A stretch of DNA of 64,000 nucleotides from the human T2T-CHM13v2.0 reference genome, Homo sapiens. Each line of letters begins with the position of its first letter. Positions within the stretch are counted from its first letter, which is position 1. Positions 45,151 to 62,320 of this stretch are shown in pieces. A model generated the notes under the pieces. That model searched no databases and was not told the DNA's origin. It saw only the letters and a list, made by a program, of their open reading frames with translations. Position numbers and translations under genes: made by a program. The stretch lies in the NCBI RefSeq assembly GCF_009914755.1, contig NC_060925.1. One strand, written 5' to 3'.

Positions 45151-45856
45151 GAACTCTTCAGTTATTGGGGGAAGAGCTGAATTCCTAAGTTCTTGGGAAA
45201 TGTTTCCTTAATGTTAAATAAATAATTATGAATGAATCTTAGGCCTACCCTGTCCAAATCCCACTTTGCTTTCACATTGATCCTCACATCAAGTCCAAAC
45301 ACCTCCAAGGGCCTTTTCAGCATGAACTTCACTCCCCCTTATGTGATTATCTCACTACACCACGGGGCCTGGATTCTGATTCCCTCCTGCTCTTGGCTTC
45401 TCCAGGCCTGTCTGCTTCATGCTCCACTGATCTCTTTTTCCTGGCCATTCTTACTGTACTTAGAGTCTGCACTTCATAGTTTGTACATTCTTTCTTTCTT
45501 TTTCATTCATATTTGTTGGATTTGCCTCTTCAACTGAGGCTTAGTAGTTTTGGAGTGAGCTATGTATTAAACTTCTGTTGGATCCTCTATGGGACCTACC
45601 ACAAAGCTATGTCCATAGCAGGTGTTCAGTAAACCCTTGGATATCGACTAATTGAAGAATTATTTTCTTCTCCAAAAGAATAGATTGGAGGTAAACGTGA
45701 TGTGGTACATTGGGAACAATGGCACAGACTTCTCTCCTCAAGATCTGGCATCTATTTTCTCAGTCCTTGAATCTGGGCTGGCTTTGTGACATGTTTTGAC
45801 TAATAGAATGTGTGGTAGAAGTGATGTGCAAGTTCTGGTCTAGAAGTCTTGCAGCA

Positions 45857-45985
45857 TTTTTTTTTTTTTTTTTGAGAGACAAGGTGTCACTATGTTGCCC
45901 AGGCTGGCTTTGATCTTCGGGGCTCAAGGGATCCTCTTGTGTCAGCAAGTAGCTTAGAGTAAAGATGTGTTCTCCCATGTCTGGC
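45857..45985 (-). mobile_element. FLAM_A-like Alu monomer
   Basis: Poly(T) then gagacaaggtgtcactatgttgcccaggctgg. Confidence 0.8.
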
Positions 45986-46049
45986 TCCTTGTACCTTTTG
46001 ACCTTGGGCTGGAAATGCTTCCCACGCTGAACAGAGCAAGGCTAGCTTA

Positions 46050-46395
<346 letters not shown>

Positions 46396-46974
46396 GAAGA
46401 TGAGAGACCACATGTAGACAAATCTTGGCCCTCACAGCTGTGGCCCCAGACATGGGAGTGATGCTCGTTAAGAACAATTGACTCTGTTTCAGACCAGAAA
46501 GATAACCCAGCTGAGCCTGGTCCAAATTGTCCATCCACACAGTTAGGAGCTAAATAGTGTAGCGTTGCTTTAAGCAACTGGGTTTTGGGTGGTTTTCTCT
46601 GCAGCATGGAATAAGCGATCATTCGGTGAGACCATTCTGGTAGCATGGCAAAGTAGTTCTAGAAATAATCTCTTAAACTCTGATTGCATTTGTAATATAC
46701 TTCAGATCTCTTTCATGTTCATTACCTCATTTAATTCTTGCGGGATTATTTGAGAAGACAAGCAATCGTTATCGTGCCTATTTTACAGATCAGGAAATTA
46801 AGGCTCACAGAGGCTGCCTTAGATGTGGTATGTGGAAGAGGATGTAGGATTCAGCCTATTGTGATGTGGAGGTCCCAGGACGCATGGTGGCTTTTCCTGT
46901 TGAGGGCAGGTTAGCCCTGAGGGCAATAGCCTGAGTTAGATGAAGAAAGTTGAGAGCTGAGGGCCTCATTCTGA

Positions 46975-47266
<292 letters not shown>

Positions 47267-47419
47267 TGAGGCTGCCTGTTTTCATGAGCCCTGTGATGCT
47301 GGGCTTCTCTCACCTCCATGTAGGAAGGTTGCATAATGAGAAACTCATAATGAGGCTTAGCAAGTCCTTGTTTTTTCCAGAGTAGCTCAGAGCCTCTGCT
47401 TTGCTGCCGGATTGGGTTG

Positions 47420-47820
47420 CTTGTGAAGGTTTCTAATTCGGGGTCTTAATTTTTGTAAAGCGTGAATTACAAGAAGTCAGAAGAATGATGCAAAGAGCAT
47501 TTAATAATGCACATTCACAAAAGAAGTGGTGTAACTACATTAATTAGGCAAGTCTTGCGTAAAGATGCAATGTAATTATATATTTGAGACAGTTAATTAG
47601 GGAGCTACTTGGAAATTTCAGTGAATATTAAGGTAATTATACATAAATACTATAACCATTAAGACTGCACCCATAATGAAAGCAATAACTAATTACATAA
47701 ATAACAGCATACTTATGTTTTTACATTACCAACACCTAACAATGCTTCCTCTCCCCCGCCTCCCTTCACCATGCAAATGGCAAATCTTTCATTTTTAACT
47801 CAGATATTCTTGCAAATGGT
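47420..47820. promoter_or_regulatory. Putative homeodomain-site-rich enhancer (CNE-like)
   Basis: Five TAATTA palindromes (47541, 47573, 47594, 47634, 47690) and octamer 47771-47778 in repeat-free sequence. Confidence 0.45.
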
Positions 47821-48579
47821 TGGGAACAATGACCTTTCCTCTTCTTCCCTCTATGTTGACAATGCTGGGCCTGCTGTGGAAACTTCCTGTGAATGGACAG
47901 AAGTGTGAGATGTGAGGGCAGGCGGGGCCTGCCTGACTCCACCTGTGTGATTGGGGGCAGGAATAAAGCAGGGCCAAGCCGTGTAGTGGCTGGAGAGGGG
48001 CAAGGTGGGGCCATGGTCAGAGTCAAGCTGACTCCAGTCCTACCCTGCCCTTTATCAGGTAGTTGAACCACCAAAGAGAAGTCACTTAGCATTGCTGAGC
48101 CTCAGTTTCCTCATTGTATCAAATGGGCATAATTGTAATCCCTGCGTGTCAGGGCTTTCATGGACAGCAGATATAAAACCATCAAATGCCATCCTGTGTA
48201 ACCGGCCATAGTTTGTCTTTGAAGCTCCTGCTCATAGACCTCTATGCCTTCTGCTCCTCTCAGCATGTCCCTTTTATCTTCACGGCTCTCAGACACCCAC
48301 CAAGCTGCCTATACCACCTTCTCAATTAAGAACAGCTTTTATAAAATGATCTGGAGCTCATTCACACTCAAGTGTGACTGACTGATGACTCCAAGGATTG
48401 GGAGCAGGTGGATGACTGAGTATGTTTATATTGTAATAGGAAGCAAAGTCTTCAGCTACTGCCCTACTTATAAAATTCCCAGGCAACAGGTAGTTAATGA
48501 AATGTTTGGACTCCAGGAGCACTTCTGGGAACTCATGGTATCTTACCATGTAGGAATTTGTTCTTTCACATGAGAGAGG

Positions 48580-49050
48580 CCACATAGAGTGGTGGGTAAA
48601 GGCATGGAATAGGAGTCCCAGACACCTGGGGTTAAGCTCTTGGCTCTAGCACTGGCAGACTACTTAGTCCTTCTAATAAGAATAAAAATGCTAGCATGCA
48701 TTGATCAGTTACTAAGTTGCAGGTACTGGTTTAAGGACCTTACTTGTATTAACTAATATGAACTAATTTAATCTTCATGACAATCCTGCAAGGTACATGC
48801 TATTATTGTCTTTGTCTCATGGATAAGAAAATTGAGGCACAGGGATGTTAAGTAACTTGTCCCTCCCAGGTCACATAGCTAGTAAGAAGAAGAGCTTGGA
48901 TTTGAATTTCAATGATTGACTCTACAGCCTGAGTTTTCTGCCATCTTCAAATGCAAGATGGTGGCAATCATCGTATCTACTTCATGGGGCTGTGGTATTA
49001 TGTGAGATAGCTTGGGTAGAGTGCTTAGCTCATTGCTAGCACATTGTAAG
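48580..49050. mobile_element. Nested MIR elements (a minus-strand MIR inside a plus-strand MIR)
   Basis: tttaatcttcatgacaatcctg...gaaaattgaggcacagggatgttaagtaacttg...ggtcacatagctagtaag, flanked by MIR 5' and 3' pieces. Confidence 0.65.
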
Positions 49051-49810
49051 TACTCTAGTCTATCAAACTTTGCCTCTTGGCCCAAGTGTCAGTGCATGTT
49101 CATTTCTCCGTTTGATTCTTCTCTTGGCCAGGCAGTGTCTCCCATGCTCCTCATTTCCCACTACCTTCCATCGTTTATAGCTTGGTCAATTTCTCACCAA
49201 GTTGCCTTTCCTGCTTAGGTGGGATGTGGATGTGAAGGGTGAGTCAGATTCCAGCTGACCTACCAGACGAATGGTGCCCTTTCAAAGACGTTCAAAAGGG
49301 AAGCCACCTGCTTGATCTGACAATGCTGCCATTACCCAAAGTCTGACTGACACTGTCCCCTCCTGTCATATTTTGCTGATTCCTTGGAATTCACACATCA
49401 GTTTTTACTGGAGAAGTTTCATCATCTTGTTTATTGACCAGATTTATATATGAATTGCTTTTAACTCTTTTGAGAAAATAAAATTGACTTTTCCCAGCAT
49501 GGTAGGCAACAGCAGTATTTGGTACATAGAAACTTGTTATTTTAAGACATGCAGATGGTCTGTCTGGAATAGGAAAGGGCTCTTAGTATATGGCTCTTGG
49601 TGCCTCAGAGTGAAGCCTTTCTTAATTTGTCATGGGTTGGGGACCAGCCTGTTTTCATGTTCCCATCGATGTACCCTAACTATAGCCATTGGCCAGCCTT
49701 TCCATACAGTTACTGTTTGCAGCCATTTTTTTTCATGCTATCAGAAGAAAGTCATCTCATTCACTTATATTTGACTTTTAACACAAAAGTCTACACGATC
49801 CCATTATTCA

Positions 49811-50130
<320 letters not shown>

Positions 50131-50470
50131 TTTTTTTGTAGTTGAAATACAAGACAATATTGTATTGTAAAATAACTACTGCTTAAAAAAAGAGGAGAAA
50201 TCAAACAAGAAGAAATGATTTTTAGAATTGAAAAAAATGTGAATACTAAAACATTTCAATAGGATATCTGGAAGATAAAGTTGAAAAAACTCCCTATTTT
50301 ATAGAGCAAAAAGAAAAAAATATAAGACACAATGAAAAGTTAAGAGGTAGGGATGAGGAAACCAAGAAATGTAACCTCCAGTCAATAAAAATTCCAGAAA
50401 GAAACAACAGAGAAATGAAGAAAAGGAAATAATGAAGGCTGAAGAGAGGAGCTTAAACTTTTTTTTTCAG

Positions 50471-50473
50471 TGT

Positions 50474-50534
<61 letters not shown>

Positions 50535-50910
50535 CATGGAATACTACTCAACCATAAAAAGGAACAAAATAATGACATTCACATTGACCTGGATGGAATT
50601 GGAGACTATTATCCTAAGTGAAGTAACTCAGGAAAGAAAAACCAAACGTTGTATGTTCTCACTCATAAGTGAGAGCTAAGCTATGAGGATGCAAAAGCAT
50701 AAGAATGACACCATGGACTCTGGGCACTCGGGGAAAGGGTGGGAGGGGGGTGAGGGATAAAAGAATACACATTGGGTATAATGTACATTGCTTGGGTAGT
50801 GGGTGCACCAAAATCCCAGAAATCGCCACTAAAGAACTTCTTCATGTAACCAAATACTACCTGTTCCCCAAAAACCTACTGAAATAAATACAAAATAAAA
50901 AAAATAAAAA
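50471..50910 (+). mobile_element. L1PB1-like 3' end
   Basis: ccatggaatactactca...gagctaagctatgaggatgcaaa...ccactaaagaactt...cctgttccccaaaaacctactgaaataaa. Confidence 0.85.
50480..50525. repeat. (TA)23 microsatellite
   Basis: Direct reading. Confidence 0.97.
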
Positions 50911-51628
50911 AGTTTTTTTTTGGGAGGAAAATATTGTTAATGAAAGAAAAATAATCAGATTGCCACTCCATTCTCCTCACAACGCTAATTGCTAGACGAA
51001 AATGGCATGATACCTTTCTACTTCTAAGGAAGAATAATTTTGACCCAAGGTTTCTATACCTAGACAAACTATCATTCAAGTGTGAGGTCTAAATAAAAGC
51101 AATTTTCAGAGATGGAAGGATCCAGAAATTTTATCTCCCACATAGCTTTTCTAAACAAAATAAGACAAAACAAACAAACAAAACCTTCAGCATGTAAACC
51201 ATAAACTTAAGAAAAAAATTGAAGAAGGAGGAAGATACAAAACCCAATTGCTAGAGAGCATCAGGAACAAATCCCAGTCTGCCAGCTGTGCAACAGACCT
51301 AAAAAAAATCAGTACAAGTTAGAAAAAGGAAGTCACATAACTCCAAGAGGAATGTTTTTAAGAAAAAAGTAAATTTTACTCACTAAGTAGTATGATTGTA
51401 AACCTGCAATATCCTATGGATATGATTTTTTAAATGTGTATTTCTTCTCAAAAGATAAAAGAAGAGAATTTGGAAATATTAAGAAGCATAAAAAGCTGTC
51501 TTAAAAATCATGGTGCAAATATGAAGTCAGCTAAAATATGGCATAATTTTGAGTAATTCTATGTACAACTTTTTCTCATGGTACTTAGCATCTTTTAACA
51601 TTCCTTATAAGTTACCTACTTATTGTGC

Positions 51629-51921
51629 TTTTTTTTTTTGAGACAGAGTCTCATTCTGTTGCCCAGGCTGGAGTGCAGTGGCACGATCTCAGGCTTACTG
51701 CAACCTCTGCCTCCCAGGTTCAAGCGATTCTTATGCTTCAGCTTCCCTAGTAGCTGGGACTACAGGTGTGCACCACCACGCCTGGCTAATTTTTGTATTT
51801 TTAGTAGAGACGAGGTTTTGCCATGTTGGCCAGACTGGTTTTGAACTCCGGACCTCAAGTGATCCACCCGCCTCAGCCTCCCAAAATGCTGGGATTACAG
51901 GCATGAGCCACTGCACCCACC
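51629..51921 (-). mobile_element. AluSx/Sz-like
   Basis: Antisense full dimer. Confidence 0.93.
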
Positions 51922-52239
51922 TATGCTTGTTTTTTATACCCCAACTAGAATGTATTCTCCATGAGGGCAGAGAGTTTCACCTATTGCATTCATTGTTGTA
52001 TTTTCTGCACCTGGAAAATTGCTTAGCACCTAGTAGCCACTCCAGTATTTGTTGAATAAATGAATATATGAAGAAAATGCAAATTCTTTTGACCTTTTAG
52101 TATATTTTTCTTCAAGTTGTACACGTTTAATGACAGAGGGTCATATATCTTCCTTAGGAGTTCAATTATACTATTTGGTTCTGCAGTGAATAATATTTGC
52201 CTCAACTTAATATTGTAAATACAGTTTATTTACTCAATA

Positions 52240-54810
<2,571 letters not shown>

Positions 54811-55439
54811 ATGTATGGGTAATTAGAGTAATAGTATAAGTCTAGCTTTCAAATCAACAGAAGAAAAATGAAAGAGTAAAGAAAACTTGTAGGAGGTGGG
54901 AAATGGGAAAGATAAGAAGGCAGACATGACGTACCCCCATCTGCAAAGTCTGCTTTGCCATGGAGTAAACATATCACCAGTATGGCAATAGGACATAGCC
55001 ATCTTTGGGGGTTATTAAGCATACCCCAGGAACATCAATGCAGAGACCCTGAGGTGAGAATGTGATTGGCATATTCAAGGAGGTCTGTGTGGTTGGAATG
55101 AGAGAGGAAAATGGGAGCTGCTCATGAAGGGCCTGATAGACCCCACTAATGACCTCAGTCATCTCTTTACCGAGTCTGAGGGTGGATTTTAATATGCTCA
55201 AAGTCACTGAACATGAGAACCAACCGGGGAGCTTGTTGAAATGTACATTTCCGGGCCCAAGAGGTTTTCATTCAATGGCTTTGAGGAAAAGCCCCAGAGA
55301 CGATATTTTCTAAAGCATCCCAGATGATTGCAGTGGGATCAAGCTACAGCCTATGGCTACTTGCACCAGATGAAAATGACACAGAGGACTGTGATAATAA
55401 ACATAAGAAAACTGTCCAATTCTTCTTATCTCCATGGTT

Positions 55440-55800
55440 GTTTTCATTCCTCTTGCCATTGACTCATTTTGGAGAGGGCAGGTGATGTAATTCGGGCCAA
55501 TGAAACATAGAGAAGTCTTTCAAGGGTGCTCTGCAAAACTGTTCTTGCTCTTAAAAGAAAAACTATCTGGGTCATTGCAGCTGTCATTCTATCATCTTGA
55601 GGATGACACCAACACCAAGGAGGGTGGAGAAAATATGCAAAAAACGTGGGACTTAGCATTATTAAGTGACTGAATTAACCCATCCCAAACTCACCTGTCT
55701 TTGGATGTTCTGTTAAGAGAAATAATAAATTCCCATACTCTTTAAGGTTAATTTGGGTTGGAATTCCTACAAGTTGCAGCTGAAACATTCTTAAATGACA
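55440..55800 (+). mobile_element. Old MLT1 (I/J-like) LTR
   Basis: gggccaatgaaacat...gactgaattaacc...ttaagagaaataataaattccc...gttgcagctgaaacattcttaaatgaca. Confidence 0.55.
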
Positions 55801-57599
55801 TGGCAAGAATGGGCTATAGGTTTTCAAGCTGCTCCGTATTCTCCTTATGGGTAAAATAAGAAAGCTATAGCTCCTTGCTTCTTCCCTCCTCTGTATAACA
55901 ATAAACCCTATGGAGCAGGCTCATAAATGGTTTCAATGAAATAATCTTTAAAGTGCTTAGCACAGTGTCTGGACAGAGGAAGTGTTTAATAAGTGCTCCT
56001 TGAATTGAATGAATGGGTGAATGGGTGATTGCATTTGTTGAAAGGCTGTAGGTAAACATGGAAATAACATAACCACATACTGGTCTTCATTTCTAGGTGT
56101 CTCTTTCTCAAATCAGGATTGAAGATTACTTTGGCTTTCTTTGGCAACCATCCTGTTGCTAATCATTACTCTTTTAAAAATAAATTTCTGTCAGCTTAGG
56201 AAAAAAGAAGTATCTGCTTATTTATTTATATATTTTTATTCAACAGATGCAGGTCTCATGTTTTTTTCCTTTCTAAGTAAAGAGAAGAATCAATTATTTT
56301 ACCTTTATAAAAACTACACAAACACACTTTGAACATAACCCAAAAATATTATTGACATTTCAAAGCAGTTTCCTTTTCCCTTCTTGTTTTCCTAACCCTC
56401 TGCCTATACCCTATCCACTGGTCACTGCCAGGGCTGACGTGGGGGACGGTAATGCATGACCACTTGGGCAATTCAGCACAGTAAGGAGAAGCAGGATGGA
56501 TTTAGGCTATATGATATGATACTTGGGTGCATCTTCAAGATGCTTAGGCAGCATCCGCACTTTCCACACCCTGGGTTTGCTCGAGTTGCTGCACACTTTG
56601 CAGCTTACTATAGTTACAACAGGCAGAACTCAGGCTGGAGTCAAATGCTAAAGTTCATCAGACACTTAGGAGGATCATAGATGGGCAAACAGGTCTTGAA
56701 GAGCAGGAGGATAATTCGTAGTTACTTCTTGTTTGAACCCAGATTTGTCAGACCTGAAAACCTTCTCAAACACAAAAGCACAGACCACATGAGAAACAGT
56801 CAATATTGTATTTCAGCATTTCAAAAATAAATTGGGAAAAACAGGCCTTCTGTCCTTTGGAGTGAAGTTGATTAGGATGTGCTGTACTGCTGGACCTGGA
56901 AGTGATGATCAAACTTGACAGGGCCATAAGCATGCACTAAAGAGTGGAATTATTAACATTTCTGTTCCCAGAGACAGAGAAAATTTCCTATGGTAAATAT
57001 CAACATTTATGCTGTGTGTCAGACTCTATATCCTGTCTTTCCCCACATCCTGTCTCACCCAACTCATGGCTGAGACCACCACTGGGTGGTCTGAATACTC
57101 TTTTTAAGTCCCTAGGGGTTTGGAAACTAAGCAACTTGGGAGGCATGGATTTAAACTCCCCAGGAAAAGTCACAGGATGGCATGTTACTTCATTCTACCT
57201 GGCTAAAACCTTGATCCTGGATTCTGTTCCCTTGCAGAAGTGTGGGGTGATGTTATGATTCAGAAAGTTCCTGGTTCTCTCTCTCTCACTAATTAAAGCC
57301 CTGCGTCTCTCAGGTCACATGTGGATGGAAAGCAAATGAGAGATCAATCTTGCAGCCTTGCAGTGGGAACTGACCTGGTTCTTTTTGTCCATCACATGCA
57401 TGTGCAGTGGGTGATATTCTGATGTTTTGAAAATCAGAATGCTTCTGTGCAAATACAGAATTCTCTTTTATCAGGAAAAGAGCTATCGAGGAGTCCTGGT
57501 AAATAGGACAGACACTTCTGGGGCAGATGTGGGAGTGTGTGTGTATTAGCATGTGCATGACAGGTGGGGGTTTGGGGCACTGCCTCTGAGAGTGTTAGA

Positions 57600-58630
57600 A
57601 TCAGATTTCCCAAAAGTGGACACCTGGAAAATCCTGTGCCATATTGGCTATTGCTTCTTAAGGATGACATAATAGAGCTGGAAGAGATCCAGGATAGGGC
57701 AGCTGAATTAATTAAAGAGTTGGAATGATTATTAAAAACACTTTTTTTCTCAGATTATAAAAGTAATACGTATTCATTATAGAAAATTTGGAAAATATTC
57801 AAGGCAAACAATAAAATGAAGTTATATGTTATCTTACCATCCAGAGATAATTTAACATTTTACTGTATTGCCTTTTAGTTTTTTTCTTAGAACACAAACA
57901 TATGTATTATAAAATTGGTATCATATATATGTATGTATAGTGTATATACTTATATTCACATATGTTTATTCACACACGTATATAAAATTTTGTATCTTAT
58001 TTGGTACATGTTTTGTATATGATTGGGTATATGTTTTCTTGTCGTCAAATGTTTTCTAAAACATTTTAATGACTAATGTAGCAATTGCTGGGTCTACAAA
58101 AACATATTTGATGATTTTTATATTATTTAGATTTAGTTTATTTTCAGATTATATTTAATTAAGTACATGTACATATTTACTTTAATAATTAACACTGAAA
58201 TGGAATGTTTTCCACCAAAATCCTCGTGGGCATTTCTGATTATTTCCCTGGGATCAATTCTTAGATGTCAAATTACAGGGCTAGATTTTGAACACTTTTA
58301 AAGTTGTAGCTAGATTTTAGTAGACACACAAAATGAATTTAGAAGATGAAGATTTGTCAGCATGAAAAGCTAACTGCTGAACGGAGACACAGATGAAGTC
58401 TATAAAAGCGCAAAAGGCTTTAATTGGTCAAGTAGAGATTTGCTAACCAAACCCAGAAATATTGCAAATACACAGCAATTTTTGGAATTCCATGAGGGTA
58501 GCTTTGGAGCCAATGCAAAGAAGGTGTGATTTGCTTGGCAGAGAGAAGATCTGTGCATCTTTTTGCCTTGAAAAGTGGCAACTGGCTAAAAATATAGACA
58601 GATTCTGTAAGATTTTAGATAATGGCTATG
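57600..58630 (+). mobile_element. Ancient CR1/L3-type LINE 3' region, split by an L1ME (~57740-58310)
   Basis: cacctggaaaatcctgtgccatattgg...gagctggaagagatccaggatagggcagct...aaagagttggaa and gatgaagtctataaaa...tgctaaccaaacccagaaata resemble the CR1 RT C-terminal region. Confidence 0.6.
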
Positions 58631-59169
58631 TGAGTGGAGTTTTGTCATTATGAAGTAGTATCATCAAGTGCCCAGAACTGAATGCTATAGTCATGACACG
58701 TGGTCATGAATGTGTATTCTGACTGTGTGGCATGGGGCTGAGTGAAGGGATCACAGGGTCTCTGAAGTCCTGGTACCTGGAAACTGTGACAAAAGGGCTC
58801 TTCTAAAATTGCCAGAGGTGACTTCTGGAACTCTAAAGGTGGAAGCGGAGATTGGTCTTTGGGAAAGATTCTTCTCTTTTATTTTGGGAGGTGGCATCAC
58901 TTTTGTGAGTCCTCTTAGCCATGTAGAAGGGATTTAACTATCTACTTGATTTTCTTAGGGCTAAGTGAACCAAATGTATATACAGGTATGCTGAGTATTC
59001 TGTTTATTAATATCAAATACTACTCTGGGCTGGAGGTGGTGGGAGGACACTTCAGGATTTTTTTTTCTTTTTTTCTTTTTTTAATGAGGAGATTGGTGAC
59101 TTTCCCTTACGAGCTGGGAGATAGAGTTTTGGGGAAAAGGGCTATGGAGGAAAGAAGCAAGGCAAAAAT

Positions 59170-59455
59170 TAGCTCCAAATTTATTGAAATTGTTTCAGTA
59201 TTCAGTATCAGTGTCTTCATTTCTTCCTTCCTTTATTCCGTTATTTATTTTTTAACTGCAGGTGCAAGAAAAATTTTCAGTGTAGTAAACAATGTGTTCA
59301 TTGATGAGCAAAACAGAATGTGCATGGAAGTGGTGTAAAAGGTGCAAAATGAACTGAGGCGTTCTTCAATATTCTCTACTGTAATTCTAAAATTTGGAAA
59401 AACCTGTTTAAAAATAAAATATTATAAAAGCTGTGTATCAAGTAATAAGTACAAA
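59170..59455 (+). pseudogene. Fossil hAT transposase C-terminal (dimerisation domain) fragment
   Basis: PNLLKLFQYSVSVSS (59175-59219) + TAGARKIFSVVNNVFIDEQNRMCMEVV (59255-59335) + ...VSSNKY; resembles PNL..L......S.A..ER.FS........RNRL. Confidence 0.55.
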
Positions 59456-59847
59456 TTATTAATTGAAACATGCAAATGATGAAAAATTAAATATGTTTGC
59501 TTTAAAATTTATCCTCTAAATTTTGTGTCTCGTGGGAGGGGGTGCTGGTGGCAAGACTGGGGATCTGGGAACAGAGAGTTTCTCAGGGGCCACAATATTG
59601 TAAGAGGCAAGGGAAGTGAAGGTCTTTTTTCCCAAGAAATTAGACGAAGTAATCATAGAAGGTAAAGGAAACACATACTATAAAGATAGGCTCTTTGAAG
59701 CTTCTCAGTTGGAAGGAGGCTTCTACAATTTCTGTCTGAGATTGGGCAAGAAAACAGATCCACAGGTGACTGTCAATCAGAGTTTAACCCAGTTGTGTTT
59801 GACTATAGGGTCTCCCTATGATTGATCTATGATTAATACTAACTCTT

Positions 59848-59903
59848 GGCTGGATGCAGTGGCTCACACCTGTAATCTCAGCATTGGGAGGCTGAGGCAG
59901 GAG
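59848..59903 (+). mobile_element. Alu 5' fragment
   Basis: ggctggatgcagtggctcacacctgtaatctcagcattgggaggctgaggcaggag, abruptly truncated. Confidence 0.85.
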
Positions 59904-61586
59904 CTGGACCTATGGATGCTTCTACCTAAGATCAACACCTATGGCATTGACAAGGTATGCAAGAAGGTGTGGAAGATATGTACTGTTAGGAACTTATGCT
60001 GTCTATTTAAAAATCAGTCAACCAACTTATATTTGCTGAGCACCCTTCAAGACCCCAGGTGAATGCATGGGGAGAAATCAGAACAATGTGAGAGGGGAGG
60101 GCTCTCCTCAGGCATTTACAAGACAACATCGTTGGGACTTCTAAAGAAAGGAATGTACTTGCTCATACTGTAGAATTTACTAATGTATTATGTGTATTGT
60201 CTATCTCCACCAGCTATAATGTCAGTTCAGCAGGGCAAGGATCTTTGTCTTGTTTTCCCCAGCAGGGTCTTGAGCAATGCTTGGCCCAGAGTTGATGTTC
60301 AGTATCCATTGAATATCTACTGAGTAAATGAATGCCTCGGTATGCTTCTCCAAGAATGCCCATCCATTTGTACTTACAAAAATAAGTACACCTATATTTC
60401 ACTTAAAATGTGTCAGGCACTCTTCTAGCCCTAAACATATCTTAGCTCCTTTGATCAATCTTCTGATGTAACTACTGGTATTATCATTCTAATTTTATAG
60501 AAGAGGCAACTGAAGCAAAAAGGAGTAACTTACCTGGGGTAACCCAGCCAGTAGGTGCTGAAACAGAGATTCTAACCCAGGCAGCCTGGCTCTTACATCC
60601 ATATCTTCACTATCACTTTGTTTTCCTTCTCCAGGACTTGGGTCCAAGGTGTCTACTCAGCACAAAGTTGCATTCTGTGGCTGTGAAATAGCAAAGTGAA
60701 CTGGCCTATTCCTTTCTGGCTCTTTCTACCCAGGAGGTTGCCTTTAATGTTTCTTTCAGGCTGACTGCATAATCAGCCTTTCTCAGGGCTGAGCTCTTAT
60801 TATGAGTCAGGCGTATGTATTAGCTTTCCATCTTGTTGGGAAGATAAGACACAATTGCAAGCAATTTTTTGGTAGTATGTAGAAAATGGAGTCACCATGA
60901 GAAAGGGACAGAAAGAAATGTTATGGAAATTCAGAGGAAGGTGCTATTGCTTCCCTATGCTGTGTTCAGAGACATGGAAAAATGATATGGAAAAGCCGAG
61001 GGAACAGCCTGAGCAAAGGCACAGAGGGCCATCTCAGAGGATCCTTTGTTAGCTGCTGCTCAGAGTCCCTCACAGTCAGAACCCTTCCTCCCATGGACCA
61101 AAAGAAAGTCCATTAAGTCCTGGTGTGTCTGCCCTTTTGGCAATCTAAGAATGTGTCTAGCATATGGGTTCTGAGACCCTTACCTGTCTTGGCACCATTC
61201 CTCTCTGGTGCCAATTGTCAAACTACCTTGAGCCTCAGTTTCCTCATATGTAAAACAGAAGCTAATAGGATCTACCCTAAGGGTTTGTTGGAAGAATCCA
61301 AGCTGGTCATGTAGACGAAGCTCTTAGCATCATCTGGCACCATGAGTGCTCACTAACCTTGCTGCTCTTTTCCACCCTAGTTGTCTGAGTGCTCATAGGT
61401 GATGATGGTAATGATCCCCTGCACTTTTGTAGAGCTCAGGAATTAGAACCCTCTCATGTGTATGAACTCATTGAAACTTCACAACTGCTCACCTGCCCTG
61501 ACCTGGGAAAATCATTTTGTCACTTCTTTCCCCAAGAGATATTTTTATTCTGATGAGTCAATTCAGGCTGAAGTGAACACTAAGGG

Positions 61587-62320
<734 letters not shown>

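Noticed and set aside
58946-59338. 130-aa hydrophobic ORF as a membrane protein gene
   Set aside because: Non-ATG start; hydrophobicity comes from T-rich low-complexity DNA; only the last ~27 aa carry signal, as a transposase relic.
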